A DNA stretch of 54,279 bases, filler included, from Catajapyx aquilonaris (taxonomy: Eukaryota): the NCBI GenBank assembly GCA_000934665.2. It is 3 parts of 3 records of this genome, joined end to end, with 100 filler letters (N's around TTAATTAATTAA, not from the genome) between each part and the next. Parts side by side here need not be neighbours in the genome. Positions count along the whole stretch, not along the records: positions 1 to 18,029 come from JYFJ02006800.1; positions 18,130 to 36,155 come from JYFJ02006801.1; 1 more part is not named here. One strand, given 5' to 3'. The notes below the pieces were generated by a model, which saw nothing but the letters and a program-made list of their open reading frames with translations, ran no database searches and was not told where the DNA came from. Made by a program: the position numbers and the translations under genes. Below are positions 11,481 to 24,076 of the stretch, piece after piece; position 1 is the stretch's first letter, and every line of letters starts with the position of its first letter.

Positions 11481-14400
11481 GTAAGATGAGGTAGGATGAG
11501 GTTGTCAAGCACAGGTGAAGTGGCCACATTAAGCGATCTTACGGGGTCAAAACACACAAAGTAATGCCGATACAGTGTTGCGCAATTGTTGCTGATTAAT
11601 TGAGCCCATGCATGCATTACGACGGAAATGGACGACAATATTTATGTGCAATCCAGTGTCTATTGTTGAGATCGCAGTGATGATGCTCTGTGACTGTGCA
11701 AACAAAGTGTTCGAACTGGGTTGTACGTGGCTTTAATGGAGTCATTTGCGTATAGTGCAAAGTAGACTCGACTCTTATCTACAATAGTACAATAGATGAC
11801 ATACTCTAGGCAGTAGGCACCATTGTACAGTACTGTGCCAACCCAACATGAGCTAGTCTGCTGAACATAATTCGTTCTTGTTGGGATAGAATCGGAGAGT
11901 TGATTTGTCTCTCCCGTTGGCTCTATAGTGTCAGGTATAGTCGGTTGGCAATGTTCACTGAGCGTTGTTGACAAGGCACATGCGCATGACGACCCTGTAG
12001 AATATCAACAAACCTGTTCCAAACAGTCTGGAGGAAGCGACAGAAGACAGAGGATGGTAGTCACTCTTCAGCCTGAGTTCGAAGGGTCAAAGAGGTCAGA
12101 GGTCAGCTCGTATGCACATATCGACACATGGGAGGAGTGTTTTCTTTAACCAGCAGTTGACTGACTTTATTTGATTTTTGGCTATGCAACCGTCAGTTGC
12201 GTTGTCAGTTCAAGTGCGTCTTGACTCGATTCCGGCCGGCTCTGTACTTTGAGTTTTCTATTTCCATGTCGAATAACTGGTCGTGACAGGACAGAGATCA
12301 GGTGTGGAGCGCTATTCTTGTGATGATCAGTTCTTCATGCCTCTTGCTTCACCTTCAATATGATTGTAGTGTATGATTGGCCAGCTAGCTTATCAACGGC
12401 TTCTGCAATAGGCCTATATCGTATGACCTCGTGGCAACTCTGCTTGTTGTTGACATTTCGTCATGTTTCTGTGCCGCTATTGTTCGTCTGTTGCCATGGG
12501 TTATTTTGTCGCCAGCCGGTCTCCTCTATCCTGTCGATCTTTTTGTCCAAATCTTTCGGGTGCTCCCCGTAGTATAGATGTCTTCCATTGGTGACAAAAG
12601 GCGCCCTTTGCCCCTAGAGTGTTGCTGATGTTGCTCATGGCGGGTTGTATATGGTTGATTACATTCGCATCTCTTCAATTCCAAAGAAGTATCATTCATA
12701 CGAATCCTGTGGTTCCATACGACCATCAGCATTCATTTATGAAGAATGAAGCACCGAAGTGTATTGTACATAATATACTCGTACCTCATTATAAGCAAAG
12801 TTATTATTCTAAATTTGGAGATGTGAGATAAATTGCCAAGCCATCTTTGACCCATGCAGGTTGTTGACTCCTTATAGTGTTTATTTGGTCGAGTATGAAA
12901 GTGCTTTGTGCACATGTTGTGACTATATCTTTGGGTACGTTTGCCCGATTTGGCCTTATTTTCTGTTGGTATGCGTGATTTTCCTGTCACGACATATGTA
13001 ATAAATGTCGTTCCCGATGACAATCCAGCTGAAAGTTCAAGTTTACAATCCCAAAATAATGACATCATTTTGACAGGAAAAAGGCAATGAGGATTTTCCT
13101 CCTGTCTTATCACCCTACAAAAAAGGAGTGCATGAAGTATATAGCCTAAACGTCGGTCGGTGGTTATACGAGGTATACTCAGCATTGATTCCTGGGCGCA
13201 GAGCGGTGTTGTTCGGTGATGGCTGCCCCCATCGTCATTAGCCAAACTATGGCCAGTAAGGAATATGATAAAACGTGACCAACAGCCTGAAATCTCCAAT
13301 CAAGAGGAAGCTTGCACTGTGACCTTCCTCCTGCACAATGAGAGTATAGAATCACCCGGTTGGGAAAGTGTCTGCTGTTCATATCGCAATCATGCACTGG
13401 GCCAGCAGTATACATTACTTGTTTTAATCTAGAGATACTTACGTGTCCATCAGTGCATGGTTAACCATAATGTAGCCAAAATAATTATTTAGAACCTATT
13501 TTATGTAAAATATTCAGAGTTAACGATGGTATAGGCCCTATGCTAAAATGGATGATGATGTCTACCTGCACACTGGGCATGGATCATCTTGCTCGTCGAG
13601 TTCTGTCGTGAACCTCGTTCCATGATGGAGATCACCCCAGATCGGATGACCAAGACTATTACTCACGGGATGCCCATTTTGTGAATCAGAAGTCATGCCT
13701 CAAATGTTCGCCTCGTCGAAACATTCTGGTCTCTTCCAACTGCTGGCGGAGTTTGTATTTTTGTGTCATTCATGTCCGTTTCGTCATATTCTGCTTATTC
13801 AAGCAAGGAGAAGTACTTGTAGATTTCGGTCCATGGAAAAAAGGAGCGAATCTTGCAATCTTTTAGTAAAATATCATCGATTAATTTCAGGAAGGATAGC
13901 GGCAGACCAGTGTCGATAGTGGACATCAGTTGTGATTTTCTCGCTTGAGGTTGCAGGAGGGGAAGATGAGACAACATGTTGCAGTATTGTTCATTCCGTC
14001 GCTATATAGGAGGAATTTCTGAAATTGCTTCTACACTGTGCTCTATTAACTCCCTTTCTGGCTAACTTATTTAACTTACTTAACATACATTAGGTCTATA
14101 CTCCTGCCTAGCCGATAATAGCCTATTGAAACACTGGCACACATAAAGTATGAATGAAATATTATTCCTTCGGGCTTATGGGCGACACATGAATTTTACA
14201 ATGCTAAAATATACCATATATATATATATATATATATAGGTGCGATACACATAGCAGACACCCGTGGCAAAATAAGTGCCTCCGCCTGTGTTAATAATCA
14301 GGTTCTGTTTCAAAGCTGGTCTTATAATATTAATTAGTCATCACAACCACGTTTTGAGCACGGCTTGGACTCCAGTGAAAGGGTGTTCCCAGCAATATAT

Positions 14401-15027
14401 GGCCAGTTTCGTGACTTTTGGTGTGTGATTCGATCCTCACAAGCTGGTGCATAACTCCACGATCCCTCCAGTAAGGATTTTTGAGACAAGTGAAAAATGA
14501 CTGAGAGTATCTTCTACCGTCTTTCTCTCACTAGGGCTGCATCATCTAAAAAAAATGTGTGTGGCGGACCCTCCTGCTCATTAAATAACAGCACAACATG
14601 CACCGACTGTTGTTGGCATCCGGCAGAACTGGTTGATTACAATGTTATGATATTATCATGGAACATTGGGTCACAACAAAATTATTATCGTCCGAAGTGA
14701 ATGGTGGCCTAAGGGGCTTATTTTTACGTCGATACTTTGGGACGCGTGCTTTTATAGAGTTGACAACGTGGTTCAATGTTATATCTTTGCATGGTCAACA
14801 ATTTGCTGTGTGTCGGAGAATTTTGTTTTGCATGCCTACACAAAGATGAAGAATTATTATCTTCATTTTTCTAAGGACAGCTTGCAACATTAACGATGAA
14901 AGAAAATTCTATTGTAACAGTGAAAATGATAAATGTGGTAGGCCTACTTGTTTATTTAAACAGGTTGATATGGTACATCATTGATATATAAATTAATAAA
15001 TAGGCTAAAATGCCCTTCTGTTTCAAG

Positions 15028-15148
15028 GGTATCATATCAATTCGCCCGATGCGAACTAGCCCGACGTAACATAGCCGCTCGACGACAGCTACTACGGCAG
15101 GCGAGTTTTTGTCGGGCTAGTTTGTTTCGGACGAAGTGTGACGGAACC
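15028..15148. mobile_element. Small MITE
   Basis: Imperfect inverted arms TTCGCCCGA..AACTAGCCCGAC / GTCGGGCTAGTT..TCGGACGAA. Confidence 0.6.
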
Positions 15149-16404
15149 GTTCCAAGAGATGCACGTCTAGGCCTACCCCATTCACAAACCAACAACCTCA
15201 TGTCTTCCCCCCAAATGGCAAAATTCTGCTTAATATATTACGTATTTTAACGTGTAAATACGGTTTCTGACCTTTGTTGATGACTGACGGAACGATGATG
15301 AACTTACACTTTTTCCGTGATAAATTATGAGTTTCATAAGGTTAGGTCGGTTTTACCTTAGCGCAATATGTTTCCAGCACAATCCATATTCTCCTCCCAC
15401 TTCAGGTATATCATGCTGTTGTCATCAGCACTGTCCCATATCACTGACACTGATAGCATGACTCGGCATTACTGATGGTGTTTGTGGTGCAGCAATGAGT
15501 CGAATTTGCTTGGTGCAAATATATGGGTCAGGTGAGACACAGGAAAGTGACTCGTAAGGGTGGGTAAGACGACCGAAAAAACAATTAACTTAACAGACTC
15601 TTTGGAACAGTCTGGAGGAAGCATCAGCATGATGATGGTGGTCACACAGATCGTAGGTCGGAGGTCAACGCGCAACATCCCCCTGTGCACATTAATACTG
15701 TGTGTGCATGCACAATAAATGGCGTTATGTATGGCTCATTTTCTGCCATCCTTAATAAAGTATAGACCACTGCTTTTTTTCCATGATGAATAAAACCAGT
15801 GTTGAAATGAAAAGGCGCCAACTGGTTGCAAACATGCAAGGTACTTGCAATTCGCTTGGGGCCGGAATGAGGCATATTTTCTCAATATTGCGACTATTTA
15901 GAGAACAAAAGGTAAAAATCAGAGTGTTTGTAAACTGCCGTCATTTTGAAGGCCATGCAGGCTTGGATGGTCTGAGTAACTCGTAGTAAACTCTAGAGTC
16001 TATAGAGAAAGGTCTATATAGAGCAGTCTGGATTGGTTGAGCTGTAATCTTGAGCAGGTTCAGCCACACTATCAATATTTCGTTTGGAGCAAAGCCCTTT
16101 CTGCACATATCGACTAATACTAAAGGTGTTCTCAAGGGAATCACCTGATGCGTTCATGGAGATGATGCTTAACCATGCTTAATGATAGCAAGGCCACACT
16201 GAACTGCAAGGACACGTCTGGAAGATGTGCGAAATGTATTTCCCTTCCTCGTTGAAATGCGACCGCATTAAAGAAAAGGAGGGAAAGATTCATTTCTCTG
16301 GCAGATAAGTTAGTCTCTCACACCTTTTCCAAAATCAAAGGACACAATCATATTACTGTGGGGATAGCTTTTTGTCGATGTTGCCTATCTTGCTACGTCG
16401 CGTC

Positions 16405-17316
16405 TGTCACGTGTGACTTTTGACTGGCCCGTCTCACGGACTCGGCTTGTAAAATGGAATTACTTCGTCGCTAGGATTTTTTTTTCTTGGAGAGTTGTCC
16501 TGGCCTTGCATGGCCAGTAAGTGGCGTCGCCTCAGCGGAGCTGGTGTGCTCTGTACTCGCTGGGTGACTAGCTATTTTTTGTAGCCTTCTCTTGGGCTAT
16601 ACGAGTGACAGGTACTGTACTCGTACGTAAATTCTTGGGGAGTTGCTGTGGTACGGGTTGTTCCCGTTGCCTTCTCAGTAGTTTGAAGGTTCGGAGGCCG
16701 TGGTAAAATTGTACACGGTCGTTTCCTTTGCCTTCCCTCCCCTTCCCCTTTTTATTGGGGACGTGTCGCACTGTTTGACACTGTGGGCTGTAGATGCCTG
16801 TGTTCAACGACAGTGGTGAAGTTGGTCATTCGTCGTCAAGGACGCCAACGAGGAGTTGTCATCTCACCGGAGTGATTACTCAACTCTGAAGAGCCGGACC
16901 TGGATCTTCTATTGAACGTATGTGTATAATGGTGCGTGTTGTTTAATTGCGCCAGTGCATACTCTTTTTTTTGGGCCTGCGCTTCTTTGTGGCTCCGTGA
17001 TATTGGAGCGTGAAGCGGGCATTGAAAGTGAAAGTGAGTGTGGAGTGTTATTTCCATGAGTGCCAAGTGTGTTGGTTGAGACTCTGGTTGTAAACGTGAT
17101 TGAGGTGTTTTGTTCAGGATTGTTATGTTTGTTAATCTGACCTACCTAGCCGTCCGTTCTCCACATCCCGATATTATTGTGAACCTATATTTGAGTGGAC
17201 TTGGTCCTATCTTTTCCTGAACAGTTGTTTATTTTTGAGAATAAATTCTCTCTTTAATTTGCACCTTAGTACGTCACTCTCTGCTTTTGGGGCCTCGTGA
17301 ATTTGACCTCGTGACA
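16405..17316 (+). mobile_element. Solo LTR (912 bp)
   Basis: TGTCACG...CGTGACA termini, perfect 5-bp TSD GCGTC (16400-16404 and 17317-17321), AATAAA near 17240. Confidence 0.88.
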
Positions 17317-18029
17317 GCGTCGTTATAAAGAAGTGTAACAACCGGCGATGTGTGGGTTATATTCAGTTCTTCTAGATCGCCGCGCCTAATATTCCCCCCT
17401 AGTTGCGCCCGGCCTATAACGAAACGTAGCTTGCGTCTCTATATCAAGTAACAACGTCCGTCTGAGGGAAAGCTCATCAGGCCTTACTGCCTGAGTATTG
17501 TCCGCCTTCCTTATCATGGGGTTTCGTATCAATCTGGAATGTTAGTGATTGACTGCATCCAGTCATTTAAAGGTTGCAGAACATACTTGTATTTTGACGC
17601 CGAGCCGTAACGAGCGAAAGAAACGTCAACGGCATGTATACGGCGGTATACGGTGTCAGAAGGTGCACCTATAAGGGAATTGCTGGATTGCAGCCAACCT
17701 AATAAGAAATGAAGTTGTGTGATAGCAATAATGTGTGGTTTTACGTGTGTGGCGGAATATTTCTTTCTCCTTCGCCAGTTGCGTTGTTAACGTCACGTTT
17801 ATCAAAGATATTACCTTTTAATATTAGTTGCAGCGCCTGATTCTGCTGATCGTTTGAAAGGAATCTGGTTTGCGAACAAAGGAGGTTTTGTAACTACTAC
17901 CTTTAGATGCCAATATGACTGTGCCATTGGGTCATATATTCAGTACTGCGCATAAGCAGCGTATGAACACTACTGATCTCTGGGACATTCGGCTGAACAT
18001 TACGCGTTCAGTTTGATGTTTTCGCCCGA

Positions 18030-18129
18030 NNNNNNNNNNNNNNNNNNNNNNNNNNNNNNNNNNNNNNNNNNNNTTAATTAATTAANNNNNNNNNNNNNNN
18101 NNNNNNNNNNNNNNNNNNNNNNNNNNNNN
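18030..18129. other. Assembly gap with TTAATTAATTAA linker
   Basis: 44 N + TTAATTAATTAA + 44 N. Confidence 0.97.
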
Positions 18130-18943
18130 TTTAGCGCACATGGGCCCTTTGTGGGGTTTGTTCGTGCGTTTCCATGCGTCGACATTGGATTCTTCCGCGT
18201 CGTGGGTATGCTTTACGGTACGATGATGACGTAGCCTGCGCAGCTTCTTTTTGCCACACCGTGTCATACGTACCTAACGATATTGCCCTGTGTTCCAACT
18301 CAAGTGCACATGTATGTTTTGGCTCAATTTCTATTGTGGAGTTGTCGCAAATATTAAATGCTACTATACAAGTACAGGTTGAATGGTAGGCCGTTGCACC
18401 ATGGCTGATTCATTAAGAATATCATAACGATTGCTTTATCCGTTACAAAAATATTTGCATTTACCAACTACATTTGTCACGGAGTCACCCTCAGTGCAAG
18501 GCGGGGTGTTCATTTCCATATGATTAAACATGGGAAGCATCCCACGAACGGTACATTTTTAGACAAATTAGCGTCTTTACAATGACATATATATTATTTA
18601 AAATTGATCATTAATGTAATATTACACAAAAAAAAACATTAGTTTCTTTTTAGTTCAAGACCGCCTGAACCTGCAAAGTCCTCGGCGGCTAATTGTCTTG
18701 GGCTCGCTTATAATTTTTATAATTTCGAGCTGTACCGTACCCAAAAAGGACCGAAATATGGGTCAAAACTCAAAACATTACATGATATCCGTATGAATTT
18801 GTGACAAGCTGATGCTATCACAAAGTCACCCTGTAAAACTGCGCAATTAGCTAACACCCTCGCGTATTCTCAAACAAGTTAATCTTGTATCATATTTTAT
18901 GATTTCTTAGCCCATGTATTTATATTTTTTATTTTAAATTATA

Positions 18944-19337
18944 CAGGGTGGACCTACTTCAAGTGTCGTTTTATAACGGCGATTAATAGCAGTGATTTTG
19001 CGATGACGTAGCAGCGACGTGTAAAATGTCCCACTTCGGCGCCATCGAAAATATTAGCTGCCAATAGCAGCTCACGTGTAATCAACCCTGCTGCTGGGTT
19101 GACCTGGAAAAAGTAGGTGCACACATGACCTGAGCGGGCGAGGCAGCCTTCTGGACTGCCGGATTGGCATTGGTGCCGCATGTGGTTGCACAGGGTTCAT
19201 TACATGTGTTCTGCTATTGGCAGCTAATATTTTCGATGGCGCCGAAGTGGGCCATTTTACACGTCGCTGCTACGTCAATCGTAAAGCGCTTCTATTAATA
19301 GCCGTTATAAAACGACACTTGAAGTTGGTCCACCCTG
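18944..19337. mobile_element. Tc1/mariner-type MITE, copy 1
   Basis: TA|CAGGGTGG..CTTCAAGTGTCGTTTTATAACGGC ... CCACCCTG|TA with inverted arms longer than 100 bp. Confidence 0.88.
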
Positions 19338-19552
19338 TATATATATATTTTTAAATTACTCTCTTCGCATCTCTTCCGGTCGTTATTAGGGAAAGTGATT
19401 GAAGGAAGCCCCAACAATCCTCGCAGCGTGCAAACTTTGAATGTGATCGCCAACAATGCGCGAGGTGTATAAGAACTTTCCCAGCTGGCCTCTAGGTGGC
19501 ACCACATATAGTCACGCAGTTACAATAATATTGTAGATCGAGATTCGAAACA

Positions 19553-19557
<5 letters not shown>

Positions 19558-19620
<63 letters not shown>

Positions 19621-19621
19621 T
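19558..19621. repeat. (AAT)n microsatellite
   Basis: Visible directly. Confidence 0.95.
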
Positions 19622-19883
19622 TGTCGTTGTTGTTATAATATTGTTTTGGAGCTGATTATGACGAGCATGAGCTCACTCAGTGAAGTCATGCTCGTCAGAC
19701 CTCACTCAGTGAAGTCATGCTCGTCATAACCTGCTCCGAATTTGCCCTAAAACATTCAGATGGAAGTTGTCGCATTCTGTGTCACTCATATGCGGCAATT
19801 GTGTTGCCAGGAGATACACAAGCACATTGTTTTAATGTTATTTAACTAGCCGTTGCTGCTTGTGGTTTTTTAGCAGTAAAATA

Positions 19884-20278
19884 CAGGGTGGTCCAACTTC
19901 AAGTGTCGTTTTATAACGGCTATTAATAGAAGCGCTTTACGATTATCTTAGCAGCCACGTGTAAAATGGCCCACTTCGGCGCCATCGAAAATATTAGCTG
20001 TGTATCGTTTGCAGGCTTCCCCCTTGCATTACAGGTCCATGGTCCATCTGGTGCCTTGGACGTCACCCATTTCACCCAGGCGCATCGCAGGTCATGTGTG
20101 TACCTCCTTTTTTTCCAGGTCAACCCAGCAGCAGGGTTGATTACATGTGTGCTGCTATTGGCAGCTAATATTTTCGATGGCGCAGAAGTGGGACATTTTA
20201 CACGTCGCTGCTACGTCATCGCAAAATCACTGCTATTAATCGCCGTTATAAAACGACACTTGAAGTTTGACCACCCTG
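19884..20278. mobile_element. Tc1/mariner-type MITE, copy 2 (opposite orientation)
   Basis: Same TIR and TA flanks as 18944-19337. The asymmetric internal block AATCAACCCTGCTGCTGGGTTGACCTGG is reversed. Confidence 0.88.
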
Positions 20279-20470
20279 TATATTATTACTATTAAGCAGT
20301 TATTTTTAACAGGTACGACTAGATCTGTTAATAATATTAGGTTGCATCACAGAAATATTATTCCTGCCGACCAGTGATTCTGGCACAGACAAAAATAGGG
20401 TTCGACCCGTAACTACGGATCCAAGATTTCAGAGCAGACCATGGATTCATTTCCAGGCCTGAAAAAAATG

Positions 20471-20644
20471 AAGCCTTGTTTCCACCGGCATAATTTTTTG
20501 TTCTGGAGAAAATGCAAACCACAACAATTTTTTGCTGCTAGGCGATTAATAATAAAGTAATAAAGTAATAATAACGTGTGTTTGATTTTGTACTCTATTT
20601 TTGTGCTTTTCGTTTTGTGCTCTATGCTGGTGGAAACAAGACTT
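20471..20644. mobile_element. MITE, possibly PIF/Harbinger-like; a second left end lies at ~20701
   Basis: AAGCCTTGTTTCCACCGGCATA ... TATGCTGGTGGAAACAAGACTT. Confidence 0.6.
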
Positions 20645-21132
20645 TACTTCCTATGTGCACCAATCTCGCTGTTCTCTTTTCGAATAAACCGTGACAGTAA
20701 AGGCCTGTTTCCACCGGCATAATTTTTGAGCACAAAAAGAAAATCACAAAAATGGAGCACAAAAGCAAACAGGTTGGAATTATTCCAAAGTACAAAATTT
20801 TGAACTTTTCTCTTCAAAAGTAACTGCACAATTTAATAACTTTAATCTCGATTGTAATTCATGTTCCTACTTAGTATAGACGGGGGGGGGGGGGTTCATT
20901 TCCCCTCTCGACAGTCTCGACAAATTAAAAAAAAATCAATATACTTTTGCATCCTTGCGTTTGCGACACAGCCACTGCCCCCATCCACTACTCACCCTCC
21001 CGACTTTCGCGATGTCTCTCTTCCCTACCCCTTCCCGAAAATGTCCCCATACTGTTCCCAATCCAGGACTCGAAACAGGACAAAATGAGCACTATACTTT
21101 TCCGTTTCCCAGGTCGTAAGCTATCATGAATA

Positions 21133-21363
21133 TGAAGCGATGAGAGCAGAAACCCATAAGTCCATGACTTTTAATAAAATCACAACAGACACCCATTGTC
21201 CCTTAATATTTTAAAACCAGGACGAAACTATTGCCCTTGCATGTGTGTTACGTAAAAAAATCATTGTATACAACAGTAGCATCGTGATCACTTATGTCGT
21301 TTTATGTCTTTCCTGAAAAATTTACTTCCATGGACTTACGGGGTTTCTGTTCTCATCGCTTCA
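21133..21363. mobile_element. MITE
   Basis: TGAAGCGATGAGAGCAGAAACCCATAAGTCCATG / CATGGACTTACGGGGTTTCTGTTCTCATCGCTTCA. Confidence 0.75.
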
Positions 21364-21430
21364 ATTATACAGTACAGGCATTTCAATTGGAACACACTGT
21401 GCGTCACATGTCAATGAATCGTAACTTCTA

Positions 21431-24076
21431 TTAGTTAGCATCTCTCGGACCAAACATTTGATTCACAAAAAACCGCATAACTCCCCTTAGAAGTTCCTCC
21501 CGCTCCCAAGATTGCAATCCAACCCCTTTATTCCTGAGGTATCCCCAGATCAGAAATTGTGATCGAACTTTGTTTGGGGAGGAGAAGATGCTGCATCTTT
21601 CTGCTTGGTTGCGTTTTCTGTCTGCCACAAAAGCCATCTCGCATCCCAAACCCTTCTTCTTCTTCTTCTTCTTCTTCTTCTTGTGCTGCCGAACAGTAAG
21701 TGGGCGTCTGAAATTTCATTGGATTTTCCCTAATAACGACCTTCCATCCAGCGCCAGTCACTCGGTTATTTACCGTCTGAGATCGATGCTGGCCCATGGT
21801 TGGAAAAGCTGCATGGCTGCGGAGCCCTGAATACAAGTCCCCCGATTTGATTTCCAATCAGTCCCTCCGCAGTATTGTGTTCCCCAAAGTCCCTGTCTGC
21901 TTATGAATAGGGGATTCGTGATGGATTAGTAGACGCAAGGGGGGGCAGGGGGGGGGGCGGATTTTGCCTTTCCTCCAAAGACCTGCCTGACTCAAAAAAC
22001 TGGCCTTCTTTTTCCTTTTATTATTATTATTTTTGGACCAGACCTAATAAGGACATTCCACAATCATTATCTATTCTCCCCTAGCACTGAATATCGTCTG
22101 ATGACTGTAATTTCCATAGGGAAATCTCGGGGTCATTTGGACAGATTTTGTTGCGTTCCCCCCTATAACCTGCCCCCACCGATAACCGATTCGAATCACC
22201 TTGATGGCTTGCCTGGGACTTTGTAGTTTTCTTTGAGTCAAGCGCACGCTTATGGCAAAGGATGTGACAAATGGGAATCAATGACACAAACAGGGACAAG
22301 AAATAAGCCAGTTCATAATATTCAGACCTGATTGATATCAGCGCTATAAAATTTCGGACTCGACCATCATCAGACTTATGCAGACCCCCGTGAGTTTTCT
22401 TGCTGGAAGTTTGAATGGGAGCTCTATACGCCAGCGCCGAAGCGGCAACCCCAAGCGATAAGAAGGGGGAGTTTCCAGACCTGTACATTATAAGACCGTG
22501 ATCAGAACAATGCCTAATTCAGACCAGCATTTGTGACGTACTTAAGAAATCACACATCCGCCGTTCCACTCGGATGTCGTAAAGACTCGAGTTTCTGAAC
22601 CGTACCCGAAATTGGCGCGCTTAGAAATGGCGCTGAAATTTCCCCCATCAGAAGCTGGTAGGGTGGGCATGAAATTTTAACAACACTCGAGTTATTTCGG
22701 AGTCAAACCAACGGGAAATGGACGACAGGGGAGATGTCTTTGAGGATGGTTCCCTCCACCTCCCTCACTCTGCCGAATCCGCAATTTTGAAGGCGAAAAT
22801 ATGTCCCGCTGGATCCCTTTCCTTCTCAAGTGCTGGTTAGGAAAAGGAGATGCTTGGGGACCGAGTCCCATAATTTGATTAGTGATAAAGATGCTTTTCT
22901 GCAGACACTGGGGGAGGAGGATGGTACACTGATATGATTCTCTGATGGGAACGCATATTTGTACCATACCATGGCGGTAAAAATACACAGGGTGTCCAGT
23001 AAGGTAACACTGAGGCAGCTCTTAGTATATGGCATGGTCTTAGAATACTAAGGTCTGGACACTCCCTCTTATCGCCTGCATGAGGTGCTCACCTGAGAGC
23101 GCCATGAGACATTTTACGGAGCAATTATGTGGCGACCCTACCGGACTACGCTGAACTTTATAGGAACAGCGCTACATTGGGGGACCCAACATGGTCGCCG
23201 GCGGCCATGTTGGGCCCGCATGTAGCGCTTCCCTTTTGTACCTATAAAGTTCAGCGTAGTCCGGTAGGGTCGCCACATAATTGCTCCGTGAAAGGTCCTA
23301 TGGCGCTCTCAGGTGAGCACCTCATGCAAAACCCCCCGGCAGGTGGTAAGTGGGAGTGACCAGACCTGAGTATTCTAAGATCATGTTATGGACACTGTAA
23401 TTGTACAAAAGCGGTGATTCGACCTGAATACTATAGTCACATGCTGACCTCTTAGCGGGAGGACGATTCAGGGCATGATTAAGCGAAAAATCCGCGCCAA
23501 ATTCAAACCTCGCATTGACGGACACCCTGTACGCTGTGTGTGATCCCTCCAGAAGTAGGGTGTCGGCAGCCACATTCGCAATGAGATGCAAATGACAGGC
23601 AGAGATTTGGGCGCAGTTTGTAGGTAGCAATTTTTAACCTGCGGATCCCCGCCATAAAAGTGATGCGAGGCGGAATGGAAAAGGCTGGGAGTCGCTCTCT
23701 CTTTTTTAATGCCAACGGCAATGGAAGAAGGGGTTTGGAAAACGGGCGCTCCCAAGATTGCTTTTTGTGCCATCTTCTTTTTCAGACTCCAACCCCCCCC
23801 CCCCCCTTCCCTATCCTCATCTCTCCCAGCCCTTACCCAAGTATTGTTTCGGTAGGATATGCGGTTTCTGGAGGAGCCAGAAGATTTCCCACTACGCACT
23901 TGGATCATCTCTGCTCTGGTTAATCCGCCTGCTGCTCCCTGCATCCTATCTGACCTTATGCGGCAGGAGAGCAGTATGGGGACTCCTTTTTCCACTTCAA
24001 GCATATAGGTACTCTGATAAAGAAGTGGCTTTTTGCTGGCAGGAATAGGTTGAAAAATTCGTGTATCTTTTGGCAT
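21431..24076 (-). pseudogene. Divergent ionotropic receptor (iGluR/IR)-like gene, disrupted (pseudogene or sequence error)
   Basis: Ordered motif-like segments: S1-like FGRVREVEGTI..R..VVKISCPPY (~22660-22780); pore/M3-like PFKLPARKLTGVCISLMMVES[fs]FYSADI (~22330-22420); S2-like RKLQSPRQAI..GYRWG (~22170-22240) and AFVADR..C..FLIWGY..LLRGV (~21470-21640). Pattern recognition only; boundaries approximate. Confidence 0.4.
23077..23328. mobile_element. Fold-back MITE (~250-bp near-perfect palindrome)
   Basis: TGCATGAGGTGCTCACCTGAGAGCGCCAT ... ATGGCGCTCTCAGGTGAGCACCTCATGCA, paired almost to the centre (~23199). Confidence 0.88.

Noticed and set aside
13562..13600. CPVCR* as an IAP-type RING finger
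   Set aside because: Upstream Cys/His ligands are absent, the paralogue has CPVVR and the true frame is uncertain.
18074..18085. TTAATTAATTAA island inside N runs (also 36200-36211)
   Set aside because: Identical 44N-12-44N layout twice; a scaffolding linker, not biology.
21500..23762. 15-bp match CGCTCCCAAGATTGC at ~21501 and ~23747
   Set aside because: Does not extend on either side; may be chance.
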